A DNA stretch of 63,793 nucleotides, filler included, from Folioceros fuciformis (lineage: Eukaryota), in NCBI GenBank assembly GCA_049999805.1. It is 4 parts of 4 records of this genome, joined end to end, with 100 filler letters (N's around TTAATTAATTAA, not from the genome) between each part and the next. Parts side by side here need not be neighbours in the genome. Positions count along the whole stretch, not along the records: positions 1 to 28,745 come from JBNGIO010006207.1; positions 28,846 to 54,844 come from JBNGIO010006209.1; 2 more parts are not named here. One strand, 5' to 3'. Below the pieces are notes generated by a model that was given only the letters and a program-made list of their open reading frames with translations, did no database searches and was not told the DNA's origin. Every line of letters begins with the position of its first letter. Within the stretch, counting starts at the first letter, position 1. Made by a program: the position numbers and the translations under genes. Positions 24,921 to 37,054 of this stretch are shown in pieces.

Positions 24921-27900
24921 GTTAGGCCTAAATATTGGTTGCCCAAGGTACGACCTGGCAAACCGACATGCCATGCCATGAGCATGGCCTTCCTCTCCCC
25001 TCCCCCTCCCTCTTGTATCTGTGCCAGCCCGCGACCGGGCCACCGGGGGCGAGGGGAACTAATTCAAGTTCCCGTCGTCCTGAATACCGCGGCAATACTC
25101 TGGCACGATACAAAGTCGAACTCGTCGGCACGCACAGCGTTCAAGCATGCGCAACTGGGACACACTGAGGCAAGCGTGGAGGAGGATCACCAAGATGAGC
25201 GGAGAGGACGATCACCAAGACTAAGTTTTTGATTAATTGCAGCATTGGTCAAAACATCTGAAGAGAGACATTACTGGCACCTACATCGCACTTACACCTA
25301 CACCTACGCTAGTTTTCTTTGTCTGCTGATAACTTCCAAGTCACTCTCTTCTTCTTTTTCTTTGGTGGTGAGAAGAATGGCTTAGTCCTGACGATGTTAT
25401 TGTCTCCCTCATTGGTGGTGAATGCTTGAATAGGCTGTCGTGCTGCAGGCATTTCCTGCTCATATGCAATCAAACGCTGGACATCCATGAGTGTAGGTTT
25501 CACCAAATGTGCTGCATCGCCCACGACTTCCTTATTCTTGTGCATCAAATTCATAATAGCATCGCAATCTTGTTCCAGGAAGCAAATCTGATCTTCTGTT
25601 CTGCTTTTGTTACATAAAACACCCTCCACAGCAGGTTGCACAAAACGCTTTCCATCAACTCTTCTCTGTTATCACAGAAAGCAAGAGTTGTTACAGGCTT
25701 CTGAATTACCAGACCATTTGTTGCTGTACACTGACATTTCATCCGAAGTGTGTATGAGAGCACTCCAAGCATATCCTGCACTTTCACAATGTGTTTACAA
25801 ATAAAGCCTGCACACTCACATGTAGCCCACATGGAATCTGCATACTCAATTGTATATGTCACATGGGCATCTGTTGAACTCCTGCATAAAGCTGTGGTAC
25901 AAGGTGGGGAAGGCAAAGTAACATGATCATCCTCAATTAGAGTTGCCCCATCTATTGCAGTGTGCACCAGTTTCTCCTCGGCTGTGTTAACCACATACCC
26001 TCCTTCTTTGCTATGGTTCACATACTAATAATGGGACACAATTACGAAGCACAATTGATGTAACAGCCAGTCTACTCGTCTGCCAGCAAGAGATGCCGTC
26101 GTAAGACTAATTTTCTGCTTAAAAAACCGATGCCATGCCTCTATAGCAGAGGCACAGTCTTGCCCTGCATGTGGAAGCATGCGGGCATTTTTATTGAACA
26201 TGCCTGCAATCAAAATAGGCCTTGTGAAGATGTGTATGTGCACAAGCTTGAAAAGGGAGAATACGAGGCTGGAGATATGGACTAGCCTAGTTGTGCAGCC
26301 CAGGTTGTTCTGAAATAGCCCATGAACGCGGGTTGTCGTTTCTCCCACTTGGCATAGAAGGAAAAATTGCAACTACTCACCCTCTCGAATTGTATCTTGA
26401 ATTGATGTGTTGGAGCCCTTAACGTACATTAGTTCACCTAATTCTTGCCATATGGCTTCCTTGTCTACCCTGTTTTGGACTTTCTTTATAAGATTACGAA
26501 GCCAAGCACGACGCACATGCTAGAGGCAAAGTAGAACAGGAACACTGTAATTGTAAACCTTTTGAATTGCAGCAATCTCAGTTGCACAATCATCAACCAA
26601 TATTGCAGAGGGCAACCAAGTTGCATCCTTACTTAACAGAACCTCATGAAACGATGTCAACCACCTGGCTATGGTGTCACTTGTATTGTCCTTTGCCAAA
26701 ACCCACGCTACCGTAATACCATTCATGTGAAGGTTGAAAGCCATAATTGTGAAGAGCTGGTACTTGTACTAGTTTACACCAAACGTGGAGTCAATCCCGA
26801 GCACATTATTCCTACCATGTGTCAAATAGGTCTGAAGCATGAACGGGGTCTGAATCTCCAAACAAAACGACTGATCGGCAATGGACTTGTGAAACACAAA
26901 TGCAGCATTGAGCCGCGTCCATATACCCACACTAATATTGTCATCCTGATGATGTTTCCACACTATACCCTGCAAGTCGACGACAAGCTTGTCAATGTCT
27001 GCACATGTCAAGAAATCATCTCTAACCTAGACATACTGTGACTCATGCTCCAAGCTTGTTGAAAGCCCACAACATTTCGCCTGCACCTGCTCCTGTTGTC
27101 GTCTAAGAATCTCTGACATAGAAACATTACACAGTAAACCATGTTTCACCCGTGCCTTCTTGTCAGCACTCAAGTGAGGAGCCCTAACATCTCTTGGCAT
27201 GCCAACGTACTCTGGGCCATGACACACTCTTCCAAAAACATCCACGTGCATAGTTTCGTATAATGTTACTTGAGCAATTACTAGCCATCTTCGTACCTAT
27301 GCAATGGCAAACAAAGCTTGACAACCGTGTTTGATGCGTTTACCGTTAGTAATCCGAGACCGTCTACGCTTCTTCTCACCCTCCACAGTAATAGGTACAG
27401 GTGGTGGAGGCATGGGAACATTCCGCATGTCTTGTGACCCATATCCACACCAATAATTGCAAGCAAAACATTGAAGATGAAATCTTTCAATGATACCAAC
27501 AAGCAGAAATTAAATGGATTGAATCCTTAGGCTCCATACATATCGTGTTGTGACAATGGCTGCATCTAGCTTCAGACAACTTACTGCTGAAGTATTGTTG
27601 GCCGGCCCTCTATGAGATGCCTTGTAATAATTTGTAGGAGCATGTGGCAATGAGTTCATGCCCTCTATGAAATCCTGCACTCTGGTTCAAGGGATGTAAG
27701 CTAGCTATCGTTGTTTGTCTTGGCCAGGACAAGATGGATGCTTGTATGAGGATTGTTGCCATTCCAAGTCACTGAAAGAAAATTTCCCTCCACCTGGCCT
27801 CTGAACTGCAAAAGGACAATGCACTGCAACCTCATCCATCGCTGGAGCACGATCAGTATACGTGCATCCTCCACAGCCTTCGGTCTTTCAACTCTTACCG

Positions 27901-28158
27901 TGTGCCATGCTTTGAGCAGAGCGCTCTCTCTGCTCTCGTTCTTAACTGAAACGAACGAAGGGCGAGCAATATCACCGCGGGAATTGCCACGACAATTAGG
28001 GCGTCGGGAACTTGAATAGTTTCCCGTCGCTCTCAATAGCTCGGTTGCGAGTTGGCACGAATAAGAGAGAGAGGAGTAGGGGAGAGGAAGGCCATGCTCA
28101 TGGCATGGCATGTCGGTTCACCAGGTCGTACCTTGGTGAACCGATATTTAGGCCTAGC
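24921..28158 (-). mobile_element. Mutator-like element (MULE) with ~180-bp TIRs and 9-11-bp TSD
   Basis: Left end gttaggcctaaatattggttgcccaaggtacgacctggcaaaccgacatgccatgccatgagcatggcc is matched in reverse complement at the right end. GCATGTCATTG flanks both ends (24910-24920, 28159-28169). Contains a decayed transposase. Confidence 0.92.
25309..27500 (-). pseudogene. MULE DDE transposase with SWIM zinc finger, inactivated
   Basis: VLGIDSTFGVN*YKYQLFTIM, ILVDDCATEIAAI, LLCL*HVRRAW, SAIEAWH and SWIM CEC...CKHIVKV. In-frame TAG stops at about 26769 and 26520, plus further disruptions. 5' boundary approximate. Confidence 0.85.
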
Positions 28159-28169
28159 GCATGTCATTG

Positions 28170-28340
28170 TTCTGTTATTTGGCACTTCTTGTATGTGGAG
28201 TCTAGGTGTGTACTTGGTGTTATGTGGAGTCTTGGATCAGTAATTAGTGTTCTGTGGAGTCTAGCTGTGAGCTTGGGTCAATACTTGGTGTTATGGTGTT
28301 ACATGGAGTCTAGGTGTGACTTTGGGTGTGTACTTGGCTT
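28170..28340. repeat. Degenerate short tandem repeat
   Basis: tggagtctaggtgtg and tacttggtgttatg motifs recur several times. Confidence 0.55.
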
Positions 28341-28745
28341 GTATTATTATAGTGATTTTTTCCTATTATATGATTAGTTAATTTTTTAGATATGTGAATA
28401 CTATGATGTATACTTTGGACTATGTTATATTCTCAAGTTTCTTATCTTTTATATCTCCAAGATGTATAGGATTCCAACTCTCACAATGTTCTTCACAATC
28501 AATGTTATTGGCACCTTGGGGTGGTATTTTAGTGAAGACATTGGGAATGCGTATTCCCCATAGGTAGTAGAAAGCACCGTCCACAATAGGTCTTTGGGAA
28601 GAGATTCACATTAGCATTGGCAATGGGAATATCGAATGTCCTACCCTCCTTTCATGATGAGCATTGTGTGGAGGCAAAACCCCGGGCACTGATTGCCGAC
28701 GGGTTCCACCTTTAGTGGCCACACTTATCCCACTGTCGTTGAGAC

Positions 28746-28845
28746 NNNNNNNNNNNNNNNNNNNNNNNNNNNNNNNNNNNNNNNNNNNNTTAATTAATTA
28801 ANNNNNNNNNNNNNNNNNNNNNNNNNNNNNNNNNNNNNNNNNNNN
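28746..28845. other. Artificial contig-join linker
   Basis: N run - TTAATTAATTAA (stop codons in all six frames) - N run. Confidence 0.9.
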
Positions 28846-30195
28846 CAGGACATGCCGGCCGTGCAAGAAACAAGCTCGTTCAGTCCTCCCTTCTTACGTA
28901 GGCTGTCACCAATCTAGACAGTAAAACAAGAACAGATAACTCACACATAAAATGCAAGCAGCAACAGTCAAGGCTTGCCACGCCATTGCCCTGCCAAACA
29001 GGACTGCGGGAAAGTTCTTTCTAAGGCAAATCGCGAAACCACTCCCAGAACAGGACTTCTGAACTCATGTCCCTGGAGGAAAGTATGAATAAATACGCTC
29101 CACTACGGAGAAAATCACCAAACCAGCACCACTAGAATCACAACGAGACCAAGAGATCTGGAGACTCCCAAGATCTGGCACGTCGTTCCGCGAGTGTCCT
29201 CTGAATGAGGAAGGGGAGCCTGCAGTGCCTATTTCGCAGCACTTCTTGCACACCTGCCCAAGGCTGCGCACCCCCTGGTATAGGGCCTCACCGGCCCCCG
29301 GGCGGAGGGGCAAGAAGGAGTATAATAAGGGCGTCCACTCCTGACAGGGCAGAGCACATGGTCCGCTATGAGGGCGCCGTTGCCCACAAACAAGCCCGAA
29401 TCGGCCAGCATCCGCCGTGCACTCTCGGACTCCATCAAATTCTCGTCCAAGTTGAAGAAGCTTGAGTCCAACAAGTTGTCGTCTGCGGAAGAGAGCGTGG
29501 ACAATCACCCACCCGCATCACCGTCGAAGGAGAAACCCGAAGCCTTCTGCACCCCGAAACTCATCGCAAGCCCGCACATCGCCAGCAGCATAAACACCAG
29601 CCCCACCCGCCTTGCAGAGGCCATTCTCTATCCACAAACGACTACACCACGACACACGAAGTCGGCCGTGGGAGGGTGGGTGCTGTGANNNNNNNNNNNN
29701 NNNNNNNNNNNNNNNNNNNNNNNNNNNNNNNNNNNNNNNNNNNNNNNNNNNNNNNNNNNNNNNNNNNNNNNNNNNNNNNNNNNNNNNNGGAGGGTGGGTG
29801 CTGTGATCTGCGAGCGAGGCAAGAGTCGTTCACGTCTTTTCCCTCGAGACATTTGCAATGCCCTTTGAAGCAAATCTACAAGATTTAAAGCCAAAAGTGA
29901 ATGAAATAAACTAGAAGAACAGATCTCCACCGACGTCAAGGCAGTGACGATATCTCGGCCGTACCGAATCCGAACCGGGCACGCCAAGAAGGGACGGCAA
30001 CTTCTAGGAAAAGAGCGGGGGACGACTCTTGTGTTTGGGAGACAAAACAACTTCTTAAAAACGTCCTCCGTTAGGAAGGAAGACCGTTGATGAGAGACAA
30101 GGCCATGAGCATGACCACCCTCTTTTGCAGTTCCAGGATTCTAGAAGTTTATATAATTTATTATAATTATATAATATAATTTGTACTTGGTATGA
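28846..30195. repeat. Segmental duplicate of ~39141-40362 (RALF with flanks)
   Basis: Near-continuous similarity from caggacatgccggccgtgcaag to agtttatataatttattataattatataa. Confidence 0.9.
29229..29624 (-). pseudogene. RALF: RALF precursor paralogue 1, premature stop in the pro-region
   Basis: Signal peptide MASARRVGLVFMLL, MESESARRMLA and a four-Cys mature region ending PYTRGCAALGRCAR. TGA at 29505-29507 where paralogues 2 and 3 have TGG (Trp). Confidence 0.8.
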
Positions 30196-30693
30196 AGTAC
30201 CAACAGATACGGACTACAAACTCATGTTTTTATTGAAATAAGTATTTTATATGTAAATATTTAATAGCATTTAAGAAATATTTTTTTATCAAATTTTTTT
30301 AAATATCTAACCACTTTGTGCACTTCTCTTAAATTTATAATTATTAATTTTTTACCCGTGCCATCGGGCTAAGTAAGATGGCCCGGTTTGTTTCTTATCT
30401 CCAGCCGAGCTCGTCTTAGGTTATCTGGACCCATTATAAGGTTGTAGAGATTTTGGTATTTACCTTTATTATCCTTTTCTTCCAGGCTAGAACTTAGGCT
30501 ATAGAAGCCATAGACTCCAAGTNNNNNNNNNNNNNNNNNNNNNNNNNNNNNNNNNNNNNNNNNNNNNNNNNNNNNNNNNNNNNNNNNNNNNNNNNNNNNN
30601 NNNNNNNNNNNNNNNNNNNNNNGAGGTATTGGGTCCTGTGTCGTGCGGATCCTGCGTCTCGGCGCCGGGACACAGTATTTAAAGAATCGCGTT

Positions 30694-30809
30694 CCCAGGC
30701 GATTCTTTGAAGAGTAGCGCAGCTCGTCTCATGGCTCAGCTATGGAGCAGTCCCCAGGCGATTCTTTAAAGAGCAGCGCAGCTCGTCTCCTGACTCAGCT
30801 ATGGAGCAG
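30694..30809. repeat. Tandem duplication, 2 x 59 bp, upstream of LIG4
   Basis: cccaggcgattcttt...ctcagctatggagcag at 30694 and 30753. Confidence 0.85.
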
Positions 30810-30984
30810 ACTCCCATGGTGGGTGTGCCTTCGTTGCATGGATTGTGCTCTCCTCCCTTGCTCTTCTGCCCTGTTGCCTTCCAGAACCTGAGGTTTTGGG
30901 TTGCCAATGTGCGGAATTTGATGTCATGTGCTTGGAAACAGGCTGACACCGAAGCGTAGTTTTGGATTTTCCCTGTCATTGTCT

Positions 30985-33900
30985 CTGAAAGATCGTAGCA
31001 GGAGGGTCAAAAGGCAGGTTGGTGTCCTGAATGGTTCAGGCTCAGGGCTGCATGTGTAGGCTTTGGCTGAAGTTCAGCACATTTTCAGGAGATGGAGGTT
31101 GGCAAAGCTGTCAGACCTCAATTGGCAGCCAGGGTGGCCAATGTCGAGTCAGCGTGGAAGAAGGTGGAAGCTCCTTGAAGTCCAACATCGCTTTGCAGGG
31201 ACTTGGATGCTTCCGGAAAGCTCTCCTTAGAAAATACTGAGACCAACTTGGCTCCTTCACTCTCTATTGTTGTTTCCATCAGCTGCGAGGTAAACGAATT
31301 GTTGCGGAATGCAAGATGGATGGAGATCGCATCCAAGTGCATAAGAATGGCTCTCAGCTTCATTTCTTCTCAAGGTACTCACATGGAATTCGTTTCCTCG
31401 AGCACCGTGTTGTTTGATTCGGCTGCACAGTTTACAATATGAGGGCCAGGGGTTCAGGCTACCTCGTCCCACTCAGTTCACATTATATTAATCACTGTAT
31501 GTTGCCATGATATTTCCCAAGTGCAAATGAATTCTATACTTACGAGGCGATCTTTTGCAGAAGCTTCATTGACCATGATCAGTACCAAGATGCAATAGCT
31601 GGAGTCATGCGTGAGGGTATCATCTCGGAGAAGTCAGTATCAGTATTGAGCCGCTTGTTGTCTAGTTTCATGTTGGTCGTTAATTCTTTGTTGGACTGAT
31701 GTCAGGTGCATCCTGGATGGAGAAATGCTTGTTTGGAACCGTGTCACAAACCGCTTCTCAGAATTTGGTACCAACAGGGGAATTGGTGAGACGCATTCTC
31801 TAGGAACTTCATAGTAAGAGGCGTGCAATTGATGTGCTATGTTTCTTTTCTTTGTTTAGAGAATGCTCAACTGCTTCTTTGTTTTAAATTTTCAGCCAAA
31901 GCTACAAAGGATGGCCTTGAAGGTGATGAGCAGGTATGTTTTGTAAAGCTGGTACTATTTCTCGATTTTCGTGCAAGAATGCGGAAGAAGTTAGATCGTG
32001 AAAGCAATTTTTAATCATTTCCTTGTGTCTTGCAGCTGTGCTGTATCCCACAGTTCCAGCAACTTGCTTTCAGATAGATGTTGAACAACGCATCCTTACA
32101 ATCAGCAATGACAGCACCTTGATTAAGGACGTGTTGTTCATCCTTCAACAAGCCAAGCAGACGTTGCATTTGACGTTCTGTATGAAGGCGACGGCAGTGT
32201 CATTCATCAGAGCTTGGAAGAGCGTCATAAGCTCCTGCGCAAGGTGGTGCGTCCAGTTAAGGGACGCCTGGAGCTCTTGCTGCCAAGTGATGATTTGTGC
32301 TCGAGTCTTAAATCTGGTTTGGATCTGCTTCTCAACATTAGTTAGTGGTTGTTTCCATCTTGTGTTTGACACCTAACTACTCTTCCATATGACAAATCAG
32401 GTCTTTGCCGGATATGGATTTTATTTGTGTAGGTGGGCCACCATGGAGTACTCTTGTAAATAGTGTCCAAGAGGCAGAGCAATTCTTCCTTCAAACTGTG
32501 GAGAACAGGTCTGCCACCATTCTATGAAACCTGCTCTATTGTAGGCAATGAAATGAGTTATGCAAGCTGGTTTAAGATTGTTGAACTAAATTAAGCAATC
32601 TATGGGTGAAATTTGTAGGGATGAAGGAGTAGTGCTGAAGGATTTGGACTCAAAATGGGAGCCAAGTGATCGCAGTGGGAAGTGGTTAAAGCTTAAACCA
32701 GATTACATCAACACGGGATCTGACCTGGATGTGCTCATTATCGGTAATACAAACCATGACTTGGCCAAGTCACATCTTGTACAATCTGGATGGGTGCCTA
32801 GCGCTTTACCTTGCTGCTGTCTACCATATGTTCATTTCTTACTCATCTGTGGAATGCAGGCGGCTATTTTGGTTCAGGAAGGAAGGGGGGTGAGGTAGTG
32901 TCTGGTAGTTGTGAGAATTAGAATTGCTTTAAGCGGCCACTTGTCGGAACTTGGCAAACTCTTTGACATTCGCATCACTTGTTTGAACCAGGTGGGGCAA
33001 TTCTTGCTTGGCCTTGCAGAGAAGTCTCAGTCTTCAGAATATCCAACAAGGTTAGGCTCCTGTTTCCTGATGACCAGAGAGGAGGCCAGATCTAACGTTG
33101 CAGGTTCTGCAGGTTTCTTTCGTTCTGTAAAGTCGGATCAGGCTTGTCAGATGAGGAGACACAAATGCTTGTCACCAAACTGAAGCCTTACTTCAGGTTT
33201 TGTTTTTTCTTTCCCAAGAGAGTAGTTTTGGGTTTTGCATCAAAGTAGGTGGTGTAGCATTTCATCAGACTTTTTTCGTCCTTCCAACAACAGGTCTTAT
33301 GACAAAAGTGCTAAGCCTCCAAGTTGTTATGTTGTGACAAACAATGCTAAGGAACGTCCAGACGTTTGGATTGAGCCGCCTGAAAAGTGAGCATAAATTG
33401 AGACCTTTTGCTGGATGTTGCAGACCATGTGATCCTCCTTTGCATCTTTGTGCAACGTGACCTAATCCACTCCTGCAGGTCTGTCATTTTAGCCATCACA
33501 AGTGATATTCGGACTATAAAATCAGAAGTAAGCTGTTGGTGATCCACTTCTGTTGTGCAAAGTTGGGGTAGAATTGTGGAATGGTGGGCAGATTCTGTGT
33601 TGTTTGTCCTTGATCACCAACGATATATGCGGAACAGGTTTTCGCAGCTCCTTACAGTCTCCGGTTCCCTCGAGTGGATAGCGTCCGTTTTGATAAGCCT
33701 TGGTATGACTGCCTCGACTTGCAAAGTAGGTCCCGTATCTGATTTTTCTGTTTGCGTCTTTGCTTCCGGCATTACGTGCTCATGTCAGTTGAGTGCTAAA
33801 CCGGGTCTCGATAATTGGGTCGCTATCTTCTTCTCAGCTCTAGTTGAAATAGTTCATTCTGGATTTGGAAGCACAGTTGATGCTGCCCAGTATGGTAATG

Positions 33901-36254
33901 GCGAGCGCAAAGAAAAGAGACTTAGGCAAGCCAGGCAGAAAGCTGAACCGAGGGCGCTTTTGCCTTCTCACATTCTCGTGACTGATGTGTCCGAAGTGAA
34001 GCAAACAAGTAAAATATTCAAAGATATGATGTTCTGTATCCTTCCATGTAGCAAACCTTGGTACTCAATTGTGTGGCTGTTGCAATGAAGTCGTTCCTCT
34101 TGTCAAGGTCCTTGACAGTTGGATTAGATTTTGTGAACTTTTCACCAGATTACCCAAAGGAGACTTTCCATAAGCTTGTCGTTGAAAACGGGGGTTCCTT
34201 TTCCATGAACCTGGCTAGTGGCGTTACGCACATTATTGCGGCTAATAAAAAGGGTTCGTATCCTAGTTATAGCATTCTTTCGTGCTGTTTCAGGCTCCTT
34301 TTGTATCGAGCTTACATTTTTGTTCTGTGTGTGCTGTAGGCATAAAGTACCAAGCTGCACAGAAACAGGGAGATGTAATTAATTGTGATTGGGTACTTGC
34401 GTGTGCAGCAGAGAAAGCTCTGGTGCCTTTGACTCCCAAGTATGCAGCTGTCTTTACGCTTTTATATACTCTCCATCCGCTGGAGCCGTTTGTGCATAGT
34501 AATTCAGACTTCACAATTTGGCAGATATTTACTGCATCTTTCCAGTAGGACAAAGGACAAGAGAGGAGCAGACGTTGATGAGTTTGGTGACTTCTATTTT
34601 AAGGATGTTGACGTACCAGATGTTCAGCAGGTACATTTACAATTTTCCAGAATCGTGTGCGTGTGTGTGTGTGTGTGGGACTCCTGTGCAGCTTCAGTTC
34701 ATACTTGGTTTTCAACACCGCAGCTTTTTGACAGCATGGATTTCACAAAGCTGGAAGTGGACAAGGAGGAATTATCTGCATGCAAGGAACGCTTCTGTTC
34801 AAGTAGCAGCTGGTGCACATTTCGTGGCTGCAAAATACATTTCATGCCACCTGGACTGCCTATGTGAGTATCAAACGTAGAAGGTGCTGATATGTGTTGG
34901 GTCACGTGTATCTGGGGTGAACATGTCACGACTTGCCTTTACATTTGTCAGCAACTCAAATGAGCTTAAAGTGGCCGAGATCACCTTATGGAGGTTAAAG
35001 CTTGAGGCTTACATGCGAGGGGGAGAGGTGGACATCACACTGAAGGATGCTTCACATCTTATACTGTACTCAACACCTGGATCAACGATGTCCGTTGAAA
35101 GGATATTTGAAAGGTGCGCTAAGAAACCTAGAGGTCACTAGTCCAGCCCCTTGCATGGAATCAGACTTTGTCAGCGGTGTGCTTATATATTCCGTTCGAA
35201 TCAGTTTTGATGTAGGCACCCGGCACCTGCTGAGGTCGAAGAAGCTGCAAGCTGTTAGTCATAAATGGCTGGAGAACGCAATAACGATTTGTAATCGTCT
35301 TCCAGAAGCAGAATATCAACTGAGGTACGTTCTTGAAATTGGTTTTTGAGGAGTAGTGTGAAACCCGGTCGATGACTTCAAAATTCCTTAGACGTGCTCT
35401 GACTCTGTCCAAGCAAGGCAATCAGGTCCATCAGCTCGGAGAGTAAATCAACTAGCGCACAGACGCCACCTAGCCATGTCTTGGAGCAAGCAAGACTGCA
35501 GCAGAAGAAGGGGAAATTCCGAGGTCGGACTCATGATACCAGTCCGGAGGGTTGTGTATCGCCATTAGAAGATACTAGAAACAGTTCCAGAAGGCAACTT
35601 TCCAAAAGACGCCTTGTCCTGAATGAAGGGGCTGCACTCCAGCGTTCCCCAGGCTGGGGAGGTCCAATCTTATGCTCCTTAGACAAGAGAGCAGATGAAG
35701 CGGTCAGCCATGGTTCAGGAGGTGGTGGGAGTTTGACTGTCGGACGAACAGAGATTCAAACAAGACAAGATGAGAGCACAGGCGAACTTCACAGTCAATC
35801 TCCCACTCCCAAGCTTTTGGGAGATCGCATCAGAGCTGTTGGTTCTGGTGGGGCAGATGTCTACAGCCAAGGAAGCGGATGTGCAGAGGTTGACACTGTT
35901 ATGCCACCCAGCGAAGCAGATAGTGGGAGGCACTGCAGTCCTCGTGAAGTACAAACCCAGTTTGAGGGTTGGAGACATGACAAAACAGAGGAAGCAGGTC
36001 CTGGGACAAGTAGGATGGAGTCCGTGTGTTCCGAGAGAGTATTCCAGCTGGATCGTAAGGACCACAATACCCGACACGCAACGGCAATTAGTCCCTATGG
36101 TATACTGGACAACGATGAAGAGGATGATGCGGGGAGAGAACACAGTCAGTCTGACAAAGACACTCCACTTGCTACCAAGCAAAGCCCAGCGGCTACACGA
36201 TTGGACCCTTTCGAAGTGATACTGAATGATCTCTATCCTTTTATGAGAGGATGA
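30985..36254 (+). CDS. LIG4: DNA ligase IV (adenylation, OB-fold and BRCT regions), many exons; N-terminal DNA-binding-domain exons not seen
   Basis: Exons translate to EVGKAVRPQLA, AECKMDGDRIQVHK (active-site KxDG, Lys at 31313), CILDGEMLVW, YVAFDVLY, DEGVVLKDL, WLKLKPDY, LRFPRV, and BRCT FVNFS...VVENGG and VSHKWLE. Stop at 36252-36254. Confidence 0.92.
32043..32160 (+). other. U12-like intron of LIG4 following a 7-nt microexon (32036-32042)
   Basis: 5' end GTATCCCA; branch-like TCCTTCAAC at 32141-32149 close to the AG; no polypyrimidine tract. Splicing restores LCYVAFD. Confidence 0.65.
34036..34127 (+). other. U12-type (minor spliceosome) GT-AG intron of LIG4
   Basis: 5' end GTATCCTT; branch point TCCTTGAC at 34109-34116. 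Splicing restores MMFYFVNF. Confidence 0.85.
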
Positions 36255-37054
36255 CCATCGTTACAACGGGGAAACCATGGTGCACCAACTTCTCTTGGAG
36301 TGTAGTGCATGTCCACGAAAGCTTCTACAAGCGATTTCACTTCATGTGATGCACCACAGTTCAGGTGATGCACCTGACACACGCCAGAATATGAGGAACG
36401 GGATTGCAATTGGCACCGCAAGCCTAGGGGACGCTGGTCTTGAATGGTAATTACACTTACTTAGGGTATACTCCAGAGGCTTGTTCTGAAATCGCTCAAA
36501 TGCCAAGGGAGTTTTGCGCCAAAAACACATTTCCTAATCCAATACAATGATGACCAGAAAATGTGAACGTAGTCCTGCCAAGCATTGGGGTATTACAGAA
36601 TACTCTCTTGAGAGAACACATACCAGCATGACAGTCTAGCCATCAAGGGTTGCACCAATGCATACGATCTAAAGAACATGCCGGCCATACAACAGACAAG
36701 ATACGTTCAGTCTTCCCTTCTTACATAGGCTGTCACAAATCTAGACAGTACAACAAGAACAGATAACTCACAAATAAAATGCAAGGGGCAACAATAAGGC
36801 TTGTCACGCCCTTTCCCTGCCAAACAGGAATGCGGCTAGGTTCTTTCTGACACAACTCGCGAAACCACTCCCAGAGCAGGACTCCTGAACTCATGTCCCT
36901 GGAGGAACGTAGGAATAAATAGGATCCACTATAAAGAAAATCACCAAACCAGCACCACTAGAATCACAACGAGACCAAAAGATCTGGAAACTCGCAAGAT
37001 CTGGCACGTAGTTCCACGAATCCCCTCTGAATGAGGAAGGGGAGCCTGCAGTGC

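Noticed and set aside
29065..29508. Alternative-frame ORF ending YSYFPPGT, repeated at 36891 and 39360
   Set aside because: By-product of the RALF duplication; it is broken differently in each copy, and the RALF frame explains the region.
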